A stretch of 64,000 bases of DNA, taken from the IMG/VR virus record IMGVR_UViG_3300006224_000007, positions 1 to 64,000 of that record, one strand, 5' to 3'. Position 1 is the stretch's first letter. Every line of letters begins with the position of its first letter. This document shows, one piece after another, positions 27,964 to 38,323 of this stretch. The notes beneath the pieces are model-generated. The model did not search any database. It had not been told where the DNA came from and saw only the letters and a list, made by a program, of their open reading frames with translations. The translations under genes and the position numbers were made by a program. The DNA comes from a virus.

Positions 27964-29862
27964 ATGATTATTTTAACTGAAGAAGCATTAGATAATGTAT
28001 TAGAAACTCTATCAACTTCTGAGTTGATAGCCTTTGACTTTGAGACAATGCCATCAGGCTTATATCCTGACGTTGATAAAAAAGAAGCTTCTATTCATCA
28101 CAAAATGCTAGAGATTGAAGGTCTTGCTCTAAGAAGTGAAAAACTTGAGCCTGTGTACATTCCATTTACCGATACAGAGGTATCGAGAATATATCTAGTA
28201 GAGCAATTAAAGAAGCTTTTTAGTCAGGATTCTCTGTTCATAGCACATAACATACAGTTTGATGCTAAAGTAGCAGATTACTTTCTTGGAGCAAGACCTA
28301 AAAATAAATTCTGTACGCTTGTTGGCTACTGGTATCTTGATGAAAACGTTCCAAAGGATGCCAAAACTCTTGCCAAAAAACATTTTGGCATGGATATGAT
28401 TTCTTATGATGAGGCTAAAAAACTTTCAAAAGAAGAATTCTATGAATATGCCAAAAGAGATGCTCAAGCTACTTACTTGTTGTATTTCTTTCTAAAAGAA
28501 AATCTTGAAAAGAAACATTGGCATTTAGCATCTACAATAGAGATGCAATTTATTGACGTTCTTATAGATATGACTTTACATGGAACGCCTTGTGACCTTG
28601 ATTACCTTAAAAAAGGTGAAGAGCTTCTTACCAACAAGGCAATAGAACTAGAAGCTAAAATCCATAGAGAGCTTGGAGAGTTTAACATTGGTTCTACTCA
28701 ACAACTTTGTGAAAAAATCTACGGAATAAAAATTAAAAGAACTAAGGCTGAAGGTTTAACTCTAACTAAAGTAGACGATTATAGTTCCAAAAAGTATGCC
28801 AAGGTTATAGATACAACTGAAACTGGTGCGCCTAGCACAGATGAAAAAGCTTTATCTAAATTAAATACTCCTGCTGCTAATCTCATAAAAGAATATCGTG
28901 GGATAATGAAGCTTCTTTCTACCTATGCCATAGGATATCAGAAGTATGTTATTGACAATAGAATTTATCCTACGTTCAATAACTCAGGCAAGGAATCATT
29001 CCAATATGGTACAGTAACAGGAAGATTAAGTTCTGCTGCTCCCAACATGCAAAATATTTCTCATGAAGCTACAGAAGGATGGTGGCTAAGAGAAGCTATT
29101 TATGCTCCTGAAGGATATGATTTAATTGTAGCTGATGAATCCCAGCTAGAAGTACGATTGCTTGCTCATTTTAGTAAGGATGAATATTTAACTCAGGCTA
29201 TTAGGTCTGGAGAAGATGTTCACTTAGCGACAGCAAAGCTTATTTTCAACAAAGATGATATTGATAAGGAAGAAAGACGCTTTGCCAAGACCATGAATTT
29301 CTCCATAAGTTATGGTCAAGGAATAAATGCTATTGCTGAAGCCTTGAAAGTTACTCCAGCAGAGGCAAAACAGTTTAAATATGACTATTTTGATACGTTT
29401 CCTGGTGTAGATGATTGGGTTACAAGGGTTGGGAATAGGGTTGTAAATCCAGAAAATGCTGACCATCATGTTATAACTATAATTGGAAGAAAAAGAAGAT
29501 TTCCAGAGATACCAGCATTACAGATTTTGCCAACTGATTCAGAAGAAGTATACAAATATAAAAGAGGGCAACTAGCTAGAGTTAAACGTCAAGCTGTTAA
29601 CTCTATTATCCAAGGCTCTGCTTCTGACGTTTTAAAAATGGCTATGGTATGGATAAGCCAGGAGTTTAAAAACAAACAATTAGACGCACATATAATTCTT
29701 CAAGTTCATGATGAACTTGTGATAGAATCTAGAAAAGACTATACAGAACAAGCTATGGAGATAGTCAAGAATCATATGGAAAGACCGTTTGAAGACGAGC
29801 TAGATGTTCCCCTAGAAGTTAAGCCGATGAAAGTTAAAAAATGGAGTGAGGGAAAGGATTGA
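27964..29862 (+). CDS. polA: Family A DNA polymerase with 3'-5' exonuclease
   Basis: ExoI FDFET, ExoII HNIQFD, ExoIII YAKRDA; TGRLSS, motif A DESQLEVR, motif B R..AKTMNF...YG, motif C VHDEL. Confidence 0.95.
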   Translation: MIILTEEALDNVLETLSTSELIAFDFETMPSGLYPDVDKKEASIHHKMLEIEGLALRSEKLEPVYIPFTDTEVSRIYLVEQLKKLFSQDSLFIAHNIQFDAKVADYFLGARPKNKFCTLVGYWYLDENVPKDAKTLAKKHFGMDMISYDEAKKLSKEEFYEYAKRDAQATYLLYFFLKENLEKKHWHLASTIEMQFIDVLIDMTLHGTPCDLDYLKKGEELLTNKAIELEAKIHRELGEFNIGSTQQLCEKIYGIKIKRTKAEGLTLTKVDDYSSKKYAKVIDTTETGAPSTDEKALSKLNTPAANLIKEYRGIMKLLSTYAIGYQKYVIDNRIYPTFNNSGKESFQYGTVTGRLSSAAPNMQNISHEATEGWWLREAIYAPEGYDLIVADESQLEVRLLAHFSKDEYLTQAIRSGEDVHLATAKLIFNKDDIDKEERRFAKTMNFSISYGQGINAIAEALKVTPAEAKQFKYDYFDTFPGVDDWVTRVGNRVVNPENADHHVITIIGRKRRFPEIPALQILPTDSEEVYKYKRGQLARVKRQAVNSIIQGSASDVLKMAMVWISQEFKNKQLDAHIILQVHDELVIESRKDYTEQAMEIVKNHMERPFEDELDVPLEVKPMKVKKWSEGKD

Positions 29863-29897
29863 TAGGTCTAGTTGAAAAAATTAAATCCAACTTTGAT

Positions 29898-30032
29898 GTG
29901 CGGAAACCGGCCTTGCAACCTCCCGCTACAGTACCGCTAGGACGCGCTACAGCACCGCTACAGCGCGTCGGTTTCGCGCCGGTAGTATCGGACCTATGCC
30001 ACCGCGCCGCCGATTCTAGCGTGTCTGCGCTC
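29898..30032. repeat. GC-rich island with four helically phased CGCTA repeats
   Basis: CGCTA at 29924, 29935, 29945, 29956; inverted repeat GACGCGCT/AGCGCGTC. Confidence 0.7.
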
Positions 30033-30034
30033 TA

Positions 30035-30607
30035 ATGCTAAAAGAAAAGGAGAAACAAATAAATAATGCATTGAAAATTTGGTTCTGTGGTTCACATGGT
30101 ACAGGAAAGACTACTCAAATGGAGTACTTTTTGAGTATTCATCCTAACTTTAATCGCTTGGAAATGGAAAGGCGAAGCCTCTTAGAAGCTGGAATTATAA
30201 AAGTAAATAAGGATGCTGCTCCTTGGGATGAAATAGTAATAGCTGGAAATGCTATGTTAGCTATGTTATCTACTTCTACACCATTTATTTCTGATAGAAG
30301 CTGGGTAGATAAATGTGCTTATTCTCAATGCCTACCATTTAAAAATGAACTTCTTGATGCATATCATACTGTTAACACTAATGCTTTCTTTGGTTTTACC
30401 GAAAACGATAAATATTTTTACTTTCCTCCTATATTACCACTAGAAGATGATGGCGTTCGTTCTCTTGACCCTCAATATCAAAAAGATATAGACTCTATGA
30501 TTATATTTTATCTAGATTACTTTAAAATACCATATCATATAATGGAAACAACAACTGTGCAAGATAGACATTTTGAAATAGAAAAGGTTCTAGGAACACT
30601 TAAATGA
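30035..30607 (+). CDS. P-loop nucleotide kinase (AAA_28/dNMP kinase-like); start may be ATA 30059
   Basis: GSHGTGKTT, ISDRS..D..AY, EDDGVR. Confidence 0.8.
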   Translation: MLKEKEKQINNALKIWFCGSHGTGKTTQMEYFLSIHPNFNRLEMERRSLLEAGIIKVNKDAAPWDEIVIAGNAMLAMLSTSTPFISDRSWVDKCAYSQCLPFKNELLDAYHTVNTNAFFGFTENDKYFYFPPILPLEDDGVRSLDPQYQKDIDSMIIFYLDYFKIPYHIMETTTVQDRHFEIEKVLGTLK

Positions 30608-30880
30608 AATATAAGGAATATGAAAGTGCATTCATAAGATGCCCTGAATGCGGTAATTATATAGATGAAGATTCTTTGATGTGCAAAAAATGTGGCTATG
30701 ATTATTCGAAGGAGATAAGAAATGGCAAACCTAGTTACTCCAAAAATAGAACCAAGGCGAAAAGATATTGTTAAAACATTTCAAGAGGTTTGTACTGGCT
30801 TGACAATTCTTTTCTCCTACAGTATACTGTGGTTATTAATTGGAGCGTTAGGTTATAGAATTTTCTTATGGGTGTTCTAA

Positions 30881-31951
30881 ATGGCCTACCCTCATATGAC
30901 AGAACAGGAGAAGGAATTGGCGATACAGAAAACGATTGAAGATGTAAATAAGAAATATGGTAAGGGCGCTTTGGTAAGAGGCGCAGATGCCAGAGGTCTT
31001 AAAATAAATAGACTTAAAACTGGTTCCATAGCCCTTGATGTAGCGACTGGTGGTGGCTGGGCTTGGGGAAAATTAAATGAGATTTTTGGTCCTTATTCTG
31101 GTGGCAAATCCTATGTCTCCCAGCTTACTATGGCACAAACACAAAAAGATTTCCCCAGTTCTAATGTAGCTCTCATTGATTTTGAGGGAGCATTTGACTC
31201 AGATTGGGCTAACAAAATTGGAGTTGATGTAGATAATCTTCTTATAAATTCTCCAGAGTTTATGGAAGATGGTCTTCAAATTGCTGTTGACCTTATTCAT
31301 AGTGAAGATTGCGCTCTTATTGTAGTAGATTCCTTAGCTGCTGCTTGTCCTAAAGCAGAATATGATGGAGATATTTCTGAATTCACAGTAGGACTAAGAG
31401 CTAGACTAGGTAATAAATTTGTGCGTAAAAGTAGGTCTAAAACTAATCTTCTTGATGATGAATTAGATTTAGGGCAAACAACAATCTTGATTGTAAATCA
31501 AACTTACATGAAAATTGGAGGTTATGGCGACCCTGAAGTTACTCCAGGTGGAGAACAAGTTAAATTTGGTGCCATGATTAGAGTAAAAATTCGTAAAGGT
31601 GAGGTTATTAATAACACTCAAGATGGTACTCAAATTATGCAGGAGAGCAGATTCTCGGTTGTAAAAAATAAAACGTTTCCCCCTCATAAAGCAGGAGCAT
31701 TTTGGTTTTCTACCCAAGATAATCCTAAAGGTAAAGCTGGAGAAATTTATCGCGCGGGAGAGATTATTACTTATGGTGTACTTACTGGCGTAATTAATAG
31801 GTCTGGTGCATGGTATAGTCTTCCTGAAGAATTTGGATTAGAAAAATCTCTACAAGGTGAAGCTGCTGTAGCAGATTGGGTAGCTGAAAATCCAGATAAA
31901 TATCCTAGACTTGAAGAACTTGTAATGAAAGAAATTTTAATAAAGGAGTAA
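30881..31951 (+). CDS. recA: RecA/UvsX-like recombinase
   Basis: TGS..LD.A.GGG, GPYSGGKS, IVVDSLAA, TPGG, VKNK. Confidence 0.95.
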   Translation: MAYPHMTEQEKELAIQKTIEDVNKKYGKGALVRGADARGLKINRLKTGSIALDVATGGGWAWGKLNEIFGPYSGGKSYVSQLTMAQTQKDFPSSNVALIDFEGAFDSDWANKIGVDVDNLLINSPEFMEDGLQIAVDLIHSEDCALIVVDSLAAACPKAEYDGDISEFTVGLRARLGNKFVRKSRSKTNLLDDELDLGQTTILIVNQTYMKIGGYGDPEVTPGGEQVKFGAMIRVKIRKGEVINNTQDGTQIMQESRFSVVKNKTFPPHKAGAFWFSTQDNPKGKAGEIYRAGEIITYGVLTGVINRSGAWYSLPEEFGLEKSLQGEAAVADWVAENPDKYPRLEELVMKEILIKE

Positions 31952-32192
31952 AAAATGTCTGTACAGGAAAAATTAAAAAGCGCAGAAGAAAGTAAATATG
32001 TAAGAGCATTTAGGTTTGGTACTTTGCTTGATTATATGTTCCTTATCTTCATGACCTTAAAACTAGTTGGAGTTATTGATTGGAGTTGGTGGTGGGTTAC
32101 TGCTCCATTATGGATGCCAATAGCTTTATTAGCTGCTATCTTTTCCCTTGCTGGTATTCTTTATTTGATAGCAAAGGGATTAGAGAAAAAAG

Positions 32193-32561
32193 TTGTCTAG
32201 TCGTAAATCAAGAAAGTTAGAAGAGAAAACTGCCAAAGATTTTATTGGAGGAAAAGTGCAAATCGCATCGGGCGCACTTCCATTTTGGAAACAAGATGTT
32301 TCTGCCGATAATTTTCTTATAGAACATAAATATACTGAGCCTTATACCAAAGGTTATGTTCTTAAAAAATCCTACTTTAAAAGCGTCATTGACGAAGCCT
32401 TTAAGCTAGGTAAATTACCTATGATGGTAATAGAGTTTACAGGTAAACCTGAGCTAAGAGTAGCTGTAATAAGATATGAAGATGCCTTGGCTCTTGACAG
32501 ACTTCTAAAGCTAGAAGAAGAATATTATCATGATGGAATAGAAAAAGATTTAAATACATAA
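32193..32561 (+). CDS. PD-(D/E)XK Holliday junction resolvase-like nuclease
   Basis: E...AK..GG....ASGA...K.DV....LIEHK. Confidence 0.7.
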   Translation: MSSRKSRKLEEKTAKDFIGGKVQIASGALPFWKQDVSADNFLIEHKYTEPYTKGYVLKKSYFKSVIDEAFKLGKLPMMVIEFTGKPELRVAVIRYEDALALDRLLKLEEEYYHDGIEKDLNT

Positions 32562-32569
32562 GGAGACAA

Positions 32570-33523
32570 ATGGCGCAAAATTTAAAGGAGCTTGTAAAGA
32601 AGAATAAAAAGTATGTTCGTGAAGACATAAATCTTAATGAACTCATAGATAAATTTTTACTTTCAGAGCAGAATAGAAAGTCAGAATATTTTATTCCTGC
32701 ATTTCATCCCTCTCTTATCTCTAAGGGAGTAGAGTGTCAAATCTGGTGGTACTATTTCCTTAAAAATCAAGAGTCTCTTCCTGAAGAATGGTCTGATGAA
32801 AATCTCACAGCTATGGCAGTTGGGAAAGCTATTCATAATGAAACTCAGCACATTCTTTATAGGATGGGAATTCTTGAGGGAGTATATAAATGTATCTCCT
32901 GTGGTCATAAATTTTGGGCAACTTCACCCAAAGACCAATGCCCTAATTGTAGCCAGTTTTTCAAGAATTGGAGCTATCTAGAATTTAAAGAAGTTCCTAT
33001 TCATACAGGATTGATAAGAGGTCATGCTGATGGTTTTATTAATCAACAAGGAACCAGATTTTTGCTTGAGTTGAAATCTATAAAGAATGTTGATAGACCT
33101 AATGCTAATTATGGGTTTGAAAAACTTATCAATAGACCATTAGATGACCATTTCATACAGACTCAGCTTTATTTGTATGGTTGGTATGAACTAGCTAAAA
33201 AAGCTCCCCTTGAAGAAGAATTTATTTTAGATGAAAATAATAGAATTTCTACAGAAAAACTTGATGGGCCAGTTTATGAAGGTGCTAAGATAATTGGTGT
33301 TATAAATCAAGGTCTTGTAGAATATATAGCAAAAAATTCTTCTGAGAAAAAATCATTTCTTATCAAACGTAGTACAGCCGCCATACAATTCCTTCTTGAT
33401 GAAATGCAGTTAATATGGAAAGCTTATTTAGAAGACTCTCTTGACGATTTAAAAGGAATAGTGTATACTGATAAAGGCAAATGTAAAAAATGCCAATATA
33501 GGAGTGTATGTAGTTGGACATAA
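32570..33523 (+). CDS. Cas4/RecB-like PD-(D/E)XK exonuclease with zinc-ribbon insert
   Basis: HPS.....C, G..IH, GHADG, LELKS, Q.QLY, terminal CKKCQYRSVC. Confidence 0.8.
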   Translation: MAQNLKELVKKNKKYVREDINLNELIDKFLLSEQNRKSEYFIPAFHPSLISKGVECQIWWYYFLKNQESLPEEWSDENLTAMAVGKAIHNETQHILYRMGILEGVYKCISCGHKFWATSPKDQCPNCSQFFKNWSYLEFKEVPIHTGLIRGHADGFINQQGTRFLLELKSIKNVDRPNANYGFEKLINRPLDDHFIQTQLYLYGWYELAKKAPLEEEFILDENNRISTEKLDGPVYEGAKIIGVINQGLVEYIAKNSSEKKSFLIKRSTAAIQFLLDEMQLIWKAYLEDSLDDLKGIVYTDKGKCKKCQYRSVCSWT

Positions 33524-33842
33524 AGTTTTATGGTGAGCTATCAGACCCATCTGAGTTTTCTAAGGAACTGTTAGAAGAGTTTCTTAATACTGGCTATGCT
33601 ATAGAACAGAAGATAAATGGAATAACCTATATACGAATGACTGACCTTTATTATGAGGATTTAGGAGAGTATATAATTAAGCATCCTAGAGAGCTTTGTA
33701 GAGACTACTGGAATAGATTAGTTGAAGGTATAATATATCATGACCCAGTATACTTTGTTAAGAAACTATGTGAAACTCATACTACTATTAAAAAACTTAC
33801 ACACAATAAAGTAGATTTTTGTGAGATGATAGGAGAGGAATT

Positions 33843-34325
33843 ATGATGGAGTTTAGGGCTGATGCTGAAATACTAACTGAAAGTGTTAGAGACGAACTAA
33901 GAAAAAAGGGTTTTGTATATCCAACAGAGGAAGTTGTAGGAGCTATTTCTGAAGAAGATAAAACTTTCCCTACAGAAGTATCTGATTTACCTCAAGAAAT
34001 TTTGCTAGATAAATTAGCTACTTTTACTACTCTTTATGCTGCCGCTGCTATGGGTGAAGCTAAATACGCAGTTGAAGTAAATATTCTTGAAAGAGACTTA
34101 GAATTCAGTAAGGCGGCAGCTTCTCATTCCAGTACAGCAACCAAAGTTACTGATAAACGGCAAGAGGTTGCAATTAATGAAAAAGTTGTACGGCTACAGG
34201 AAAAAATAAGTATTGCCGAAACTTATCTAAAGACCTATACAGTACTAAGAACTAACTATGAGAAATTCTGTTTCATGCTAAGTCGAGCTTTAACAGTTCG
34301 TGGAGAGGAATCTAGATTGCAATAA
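33843..34325 (+). CDS. Coiled-coil protein, possible UvsY-like recombination mediator
   Basis: Helical, ends LSR.LT.R; lies in the recombination cluster. Confidence 0.45.
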   Translation: MMEFRADAEILTESVRDELRKKGFVYPTEEVVGAISEEDKTFPTEVSDLPQEILLDKLATFTTLYAAAAMGEAKYAVEVNILERDLEFSKAAASHSSTATKVTDKRQEVAINEKVVRLQEKISIAETYLKTYTVLRTNYEKFCFMLSRALTVRGEESRLQ

Positions 34326-34681
34326 TGGCAAAAGTGTCTCAACAATGGAAAGCATTAGAAAAAACTGCGGCACGAAAACTAGGTGGCGAACGTCTAGTAA
34401 GGGGTGACGATTTTTCTCAGTCAATTCTTGATGTTGAGCATGACTTTCTGGCGATAGATTGCAAGTGGCGCACTACTCTAGCAGTATGGACTTGGTTTCA
34501 AAAGCTAGTTAATGATAATGCAAAAATATACGGAAAAGGAAAGAAGGTGCCAATATTAGTTATAAAGAAAAAGGGAATGAGAAGCGAGCTTGTTGTCATA
34601 GAAATTGACGACTTTATTAAAGTAGTAAATGGCGAATATTATATCGAACCAAAGGAGATAGAAAATGGCGAAGAAAACTGA
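34325..34681 (+). CDS. Second PD-(D/E)XK resolvase-like nuclease
   Basis: WKALE...A..LGG.R, DV.....IDCK. Confidence 0.65.
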   Translation: MAKVSQQWKALEKTAARKLGGERLVRGDDFSQSILDVEHDFLAIDCKWRTTLAVWTWFQKLVNDNAKIYGKGKKVPILVIKKKGMRSELVVIEIDDFIKVVNGEYYIEPKEIENGEEN

Positions 34682-34979
34682 AGATACACTAGAAACTCTT
34701 AAAGTTGCTGGTTCTACTAATCCCTCTAGTCTAGCTGGAGCAATTGTTAAGATTGTTAATAAAAATGCAGATTGTGAGCTTATTACTATTGGTGCTGGTC
34801 CTTGTAATCAGGCTATGAAAGCCGTCGCTATTGCGAATAGATTGCTTGGTTCTAGTGGTATGTCTCTTTCTGTAAAGCCCTGCTTCTATACTCTTGACCT
34901 TTCTAATGAAAGACAGGAAGGAAAAGAAGGTAAATCAGAAGTTACGGCTCTTAAATTCAAAATTATAGTTGAGAGGTAA
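34665..34979 (+). CDS. spoVS: SpoVS family protein
   Basis: LKVA..TNP.SLAGAI, IGAG..NQA.KAVAIA, P.F. Confidence 0.9.
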   Translation: MAKKTEDTLETLKVAGSTNPSSLAGAIVKIVNKNADCELITIGAGPCNQAMKAVAIANRLLGSSGMSLSVKPCFYTLDLSNERQEGKEGKSEVTALKFKIIVER

Positions 34980-35933
34980 AAAATGGGAACTAAAATTTCA
35001 GTATCAGTAGATACTAAACTAGAAAAATATCCCAAAGCTACAGCTACTTTTGATGGCACAAACACGCCTAGATTTTGGCATGACCCAGTTCTTAGAAAAA
35101 GTTTGGCTGATGCTATAAATTTAGCTGGTGATAATAAGGATATTTTTGACTATTGTAACTTCCTATTTTCCCATGTAAACAACGCTATTAGACGGCGTTA
35201 TGGAGGACAAGAATTACAGCTTGAATCTGTTACTGTTATTGGTCAGTTTGGTGATAATTCTATTACGTCCTATCAATAAATGGGAGTAAAAGTTAAAATA
35301 CTAGAGCGGGATTTTGCTACCGGCACTCCTAATATATACTACAAGATTTTTCCTGAAGCCGATAAATTTGATATACTTATGAATGCAGAGCATGAACAGA
35401 CACACTTGAAAATAATGAGTGCTGATGCTATAATAGCATTCTTCCCCTCTGGTGGTTGGTTAAGTGCGGAAATAATAAAGGAGAAATAATGCCTAAGTTA
35501 ACTAATGAAGACCTTTTGAAAAATTTAGATTTTACTTGCGCCCGTTGTCAAGCAGAGTGTACTAAGATAAATGCGGCTGAACCTGAACATGGATATATTT
35601 CTAAGGTAGATGGTTCCTTTGTTGGTCCTATTTGTAGTAACTGTTTAAATCAAATCCCTGAGCCAGAAAGACAGACTAGAAATCCATTTCCTGAAACAGC
35701 TTTTCTTATTGTAATAAGACCCAATGGTGAGGGTGCTTTTATGACAACAGAAGGTGTTGGTTTAACCTATTTAAGAGAGCCTACTTTTCTTGATGTTATG
35801 CAAGGTTGCGAAAGAGTAAAGAAAGATGTAGAGGAATCTATTTTTGCTCAGAAGTTAACCAATCAAATCATGCATGTAGTGGCTGCAAGCCAGAAAGCAC
35901 CCAAAATAATGGTTCCAAGATAAGGAGGTTTGT

Positions 35934-36236
35934 TTGAACATACCAAAACAGGTTAAAGCCTTTGGTAGAGTATATAAAATTATTAGAGACACTGATACAA
36001 CAAATAAAATGGAGTGTTGGGGATATCTTGATGCTATGACAGATACCATTGTGCTTAGAAAAAGAAGCTGCGAGTTTACTCCTGGGCATGAAAAACAAGT
36101 TTTTTTTCATGAGTTAATGCATGTTGTTGATAGTAATTTTCATATAGGACTGACGGAAGAACAGATACAAACTATGAGTGTTGGAATAACAACAATTATA
36201 GAAGATAATAAGCTGGATTTTACAAATGGAACCTAA
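35934..36236 (+). CDS. HExxH zinc metallopeptidase-like protein
   Basis: FFHELMH..D...L.EEQI. Confidence 0.65.
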   Translation: MNIPKQVKAFGRVYKIIRDTDTTNKMECWGYLDAMTDTIVLRKRSCEFTPGHEKQVFFHELMHVVDSNFHIGLTEEQIQTMSVGITTIIEDNKLDFTNGT

Positions 36237-36467
36237 CGAATTACAACATTTATATACTATACAAGAAGGCTTAGAAAAACATTTTAGTCCTGTCTTTGTT
36301 GACTCCTGGAATGACGATGAGACTATAGTATTTAAGTGTGGAATAGATTGTGGCTTATATAAACCTACTATATGGTTATCTTTTCCTTTTTATACTGAGA
36401 GTGTTTTAACTTCAAATCCATATGATGTTGTTAATGCAATATGGGAGTATATTGTAGAGTATATGTA

Positions 36468-37148
36468 ATGAAAATTTATCTTGATGGTGTAGAATATAAG
36501 GCTTATAGAGAAATAATGGAAAGCCTTGATGTTCGATATGGGTGTCTCAATTATGAGTATATCTGGTCTAGAACACCAAGATTTTCTTTGGAAGAGGCTT
36601 GTGAGTTTCTTGATGAGGTACTAATAAATCCAGGAAATTTACTACCAATGCATGTTGAAGAGTATGTTGAATATTTGAATTCTCATGCTTCAATTATTAC
36701 AGTAGCCATAGAACTATACACTGAAGATAGATTTATGTTAGATACGGAATGTTTAGTTGATATTATTCCGTGGCATTATAATCTTACATTAACTCCTAGA
36801 GCAGCAGTAGCAAATTTATCTGCTCCATTTGTGAAACAGGCTCTTAAAAAATTAAACGAACAAGGAACAAAAGTTCATGGTGTTAACTGTGAACTTCCTT
36901 TTTTCGATAGTATGAATAGTGGAACATGGATGCGAGGCACAGCAGGATGGATTTCTGATTTCTCTAGAAAAAATAGAATAGAGATGCATACAAGAGATAC
37001 AAGTTCTGCTATTGCTAGAAAACTTCTTTTAGAAGGATATAACTTAGATTTAAATAAGATTAAACGTGGTGACTGGAAAGCGATAGCTAAAATGAATTGT
37101 GCTTCATGGAAAAAATACCAGGATTATATGGAGGACAAATGCCAATGA
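36468..37148 (+). CDS. Hypothetical protein, weak similarity to phage tRNA-guanine transglycosylase-like TIM barrels
   Basis: KVHG....PFFDSMNSGTW..G..G segment. Confidence 0.35.
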   Translation: MKIYLDGVEYKAYREIMESLDVRYGCLNYEYIWSRTPRFSLEEACEFLDEVLINPGNLLPMHVEEYVEYLNSHASIITVAIELYTEDRFMLDTECLVDIIPWHYNLTLTPRAAVANLSAPFVKQALKKLNEQGTKVHGVNCELPFFDSMNSGTWMRGTAGWISDFSRKNRIEMHTRDTSSAIARKLLLEGYNLDLNKIKRGDWKAIAKMNCASWKKYQDYMEDKCQ

Positions 37149-37418
37149 CAACTCCAGGGAGGTTTCTTACGGTTTGTCCAGACCCTCCAACAAAATATGT
37201 TAAAGATAAAGATGGTTATCGTGGTAGAACAGAAGTTCTCACTTGTAAAACTAAATGCCCTGGTTGTCCTTATCCAAAATGGTTTGCTAAAAGCCAAAAT
37301 TATATGGAGGAAAAATGAAAACTACTTGCGCTCAATGTGAATATTTTAAAACTAATGGTTGCAAAAATGTTTCTGGTGGTGATGGAGCTTGTGCAGCCTT
37401 TAAACAAGCGGAGAATAA

Positions 37419-37868
37419 ATGATAGAAGATGGAAAAATAAGTCCAGAAGAAGTAGAGATACTATCTGATGAAGTAGAAATTTGGCGACCAGGAAAGCCTA
37501 CTATCAGCTTTCTGCGCTGTAGAACGTGCTACTTGAGGAAAGAATGCCCTTATTGCGATGTAAACAGCGAAGTGTGCGCCTTAAAAGCCCTTGAAGACGT
37601 TGACACTACGACAGGAGAAGGTATAATAAGTATCGTGCAACAGCTTCTCAAGATTCAAGCGGAGCGAGTTTTCCGTTTTGTTAAAATTGAAGAGGCTGAA
37701 GGTGGTATGCCTGACCCTAATGTTACTAATGAGCTTATGATATTTGTTTCTCTTGTAGAAAAACTCAAAAGAATATTAAGTGATGATGACTTCTTAGTAA
37801 TAAGAGCTAAAGGTAAAGCTTCTGAGGGTATATTAGCAAGGCTCTTTGGAGATATAGGAAAGGATTAA
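37419..37868 (+). CDS. Cys-cluster protein with helical C-terminus
   Basis: CRTC....CPYC....C; E..EGG.PDP.V..E. Confidence 0.5.
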   Translation: MIEDGKISPEEVEILSDEVEIWRPGKPTISFLRCRTCYLRKECPYCDVNSEVCALKALEDVDTTTGEGIISIVQQLLKIQAERVFRFVKIEEAEGGMPDPNVTNELMIFVSLVEKLKRILSDDDFLVIRAKGKASEGILARLFGDIGKD

Positions 37869-38323
37869 TAATGAAACTTCCGTTTATTGATAACAGAGGA
37901 TTTGAACGTTTGCCTGGAGATAAGGCTGCTTGTAGTGGTGCTTTTAGAAGAGCCGAAATAGATGCTCTTTTAGAAAAGAAAGAAAGCAAAGTACTAGGAA
38001 CAGCAGCTAGGTTTCTTCAAGTACCTCAAACTGAAATCACTCAGATAATTCCTATGTCTACCAATGTTGTTAGTATTATTTTCATGGAAAAATTTCCTGA
38101 TTTGTATGAATATGGAGACGATGATGATTAGGACGCTTCCTTCTTATGCAAGGTGTAAAGAAATTACTTCTGCTACAGAGGCTAAGAATTTTTTTGAAGA
38201 GTGGTTTGAAACCAAGGACCATCCAAAAGCAGAAGTATTGTTTAGACTTGCTTGGGAGCATGGTCATGCAAATGGTGTTTATGAAGTAGCAATCTATTAT
38301 GATGATTTTATGGAGTTGATTAT

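Noticed and set aside
29130-29160. Polymerase motif A variant DESQ as a sign of modified-base replication
   Set aside because: Catalytic Asp and Glu are intact and this position varies in family A enzymes; no base-synthesis genes seen.
32570-33523. Cas4-like nuclease as part of a CRISPR-Cas locus
   Set aside because: No cas1/cas2 or array; it sits among RecA and resolvase-like genes, typical of stand-alone phage exonucleases.
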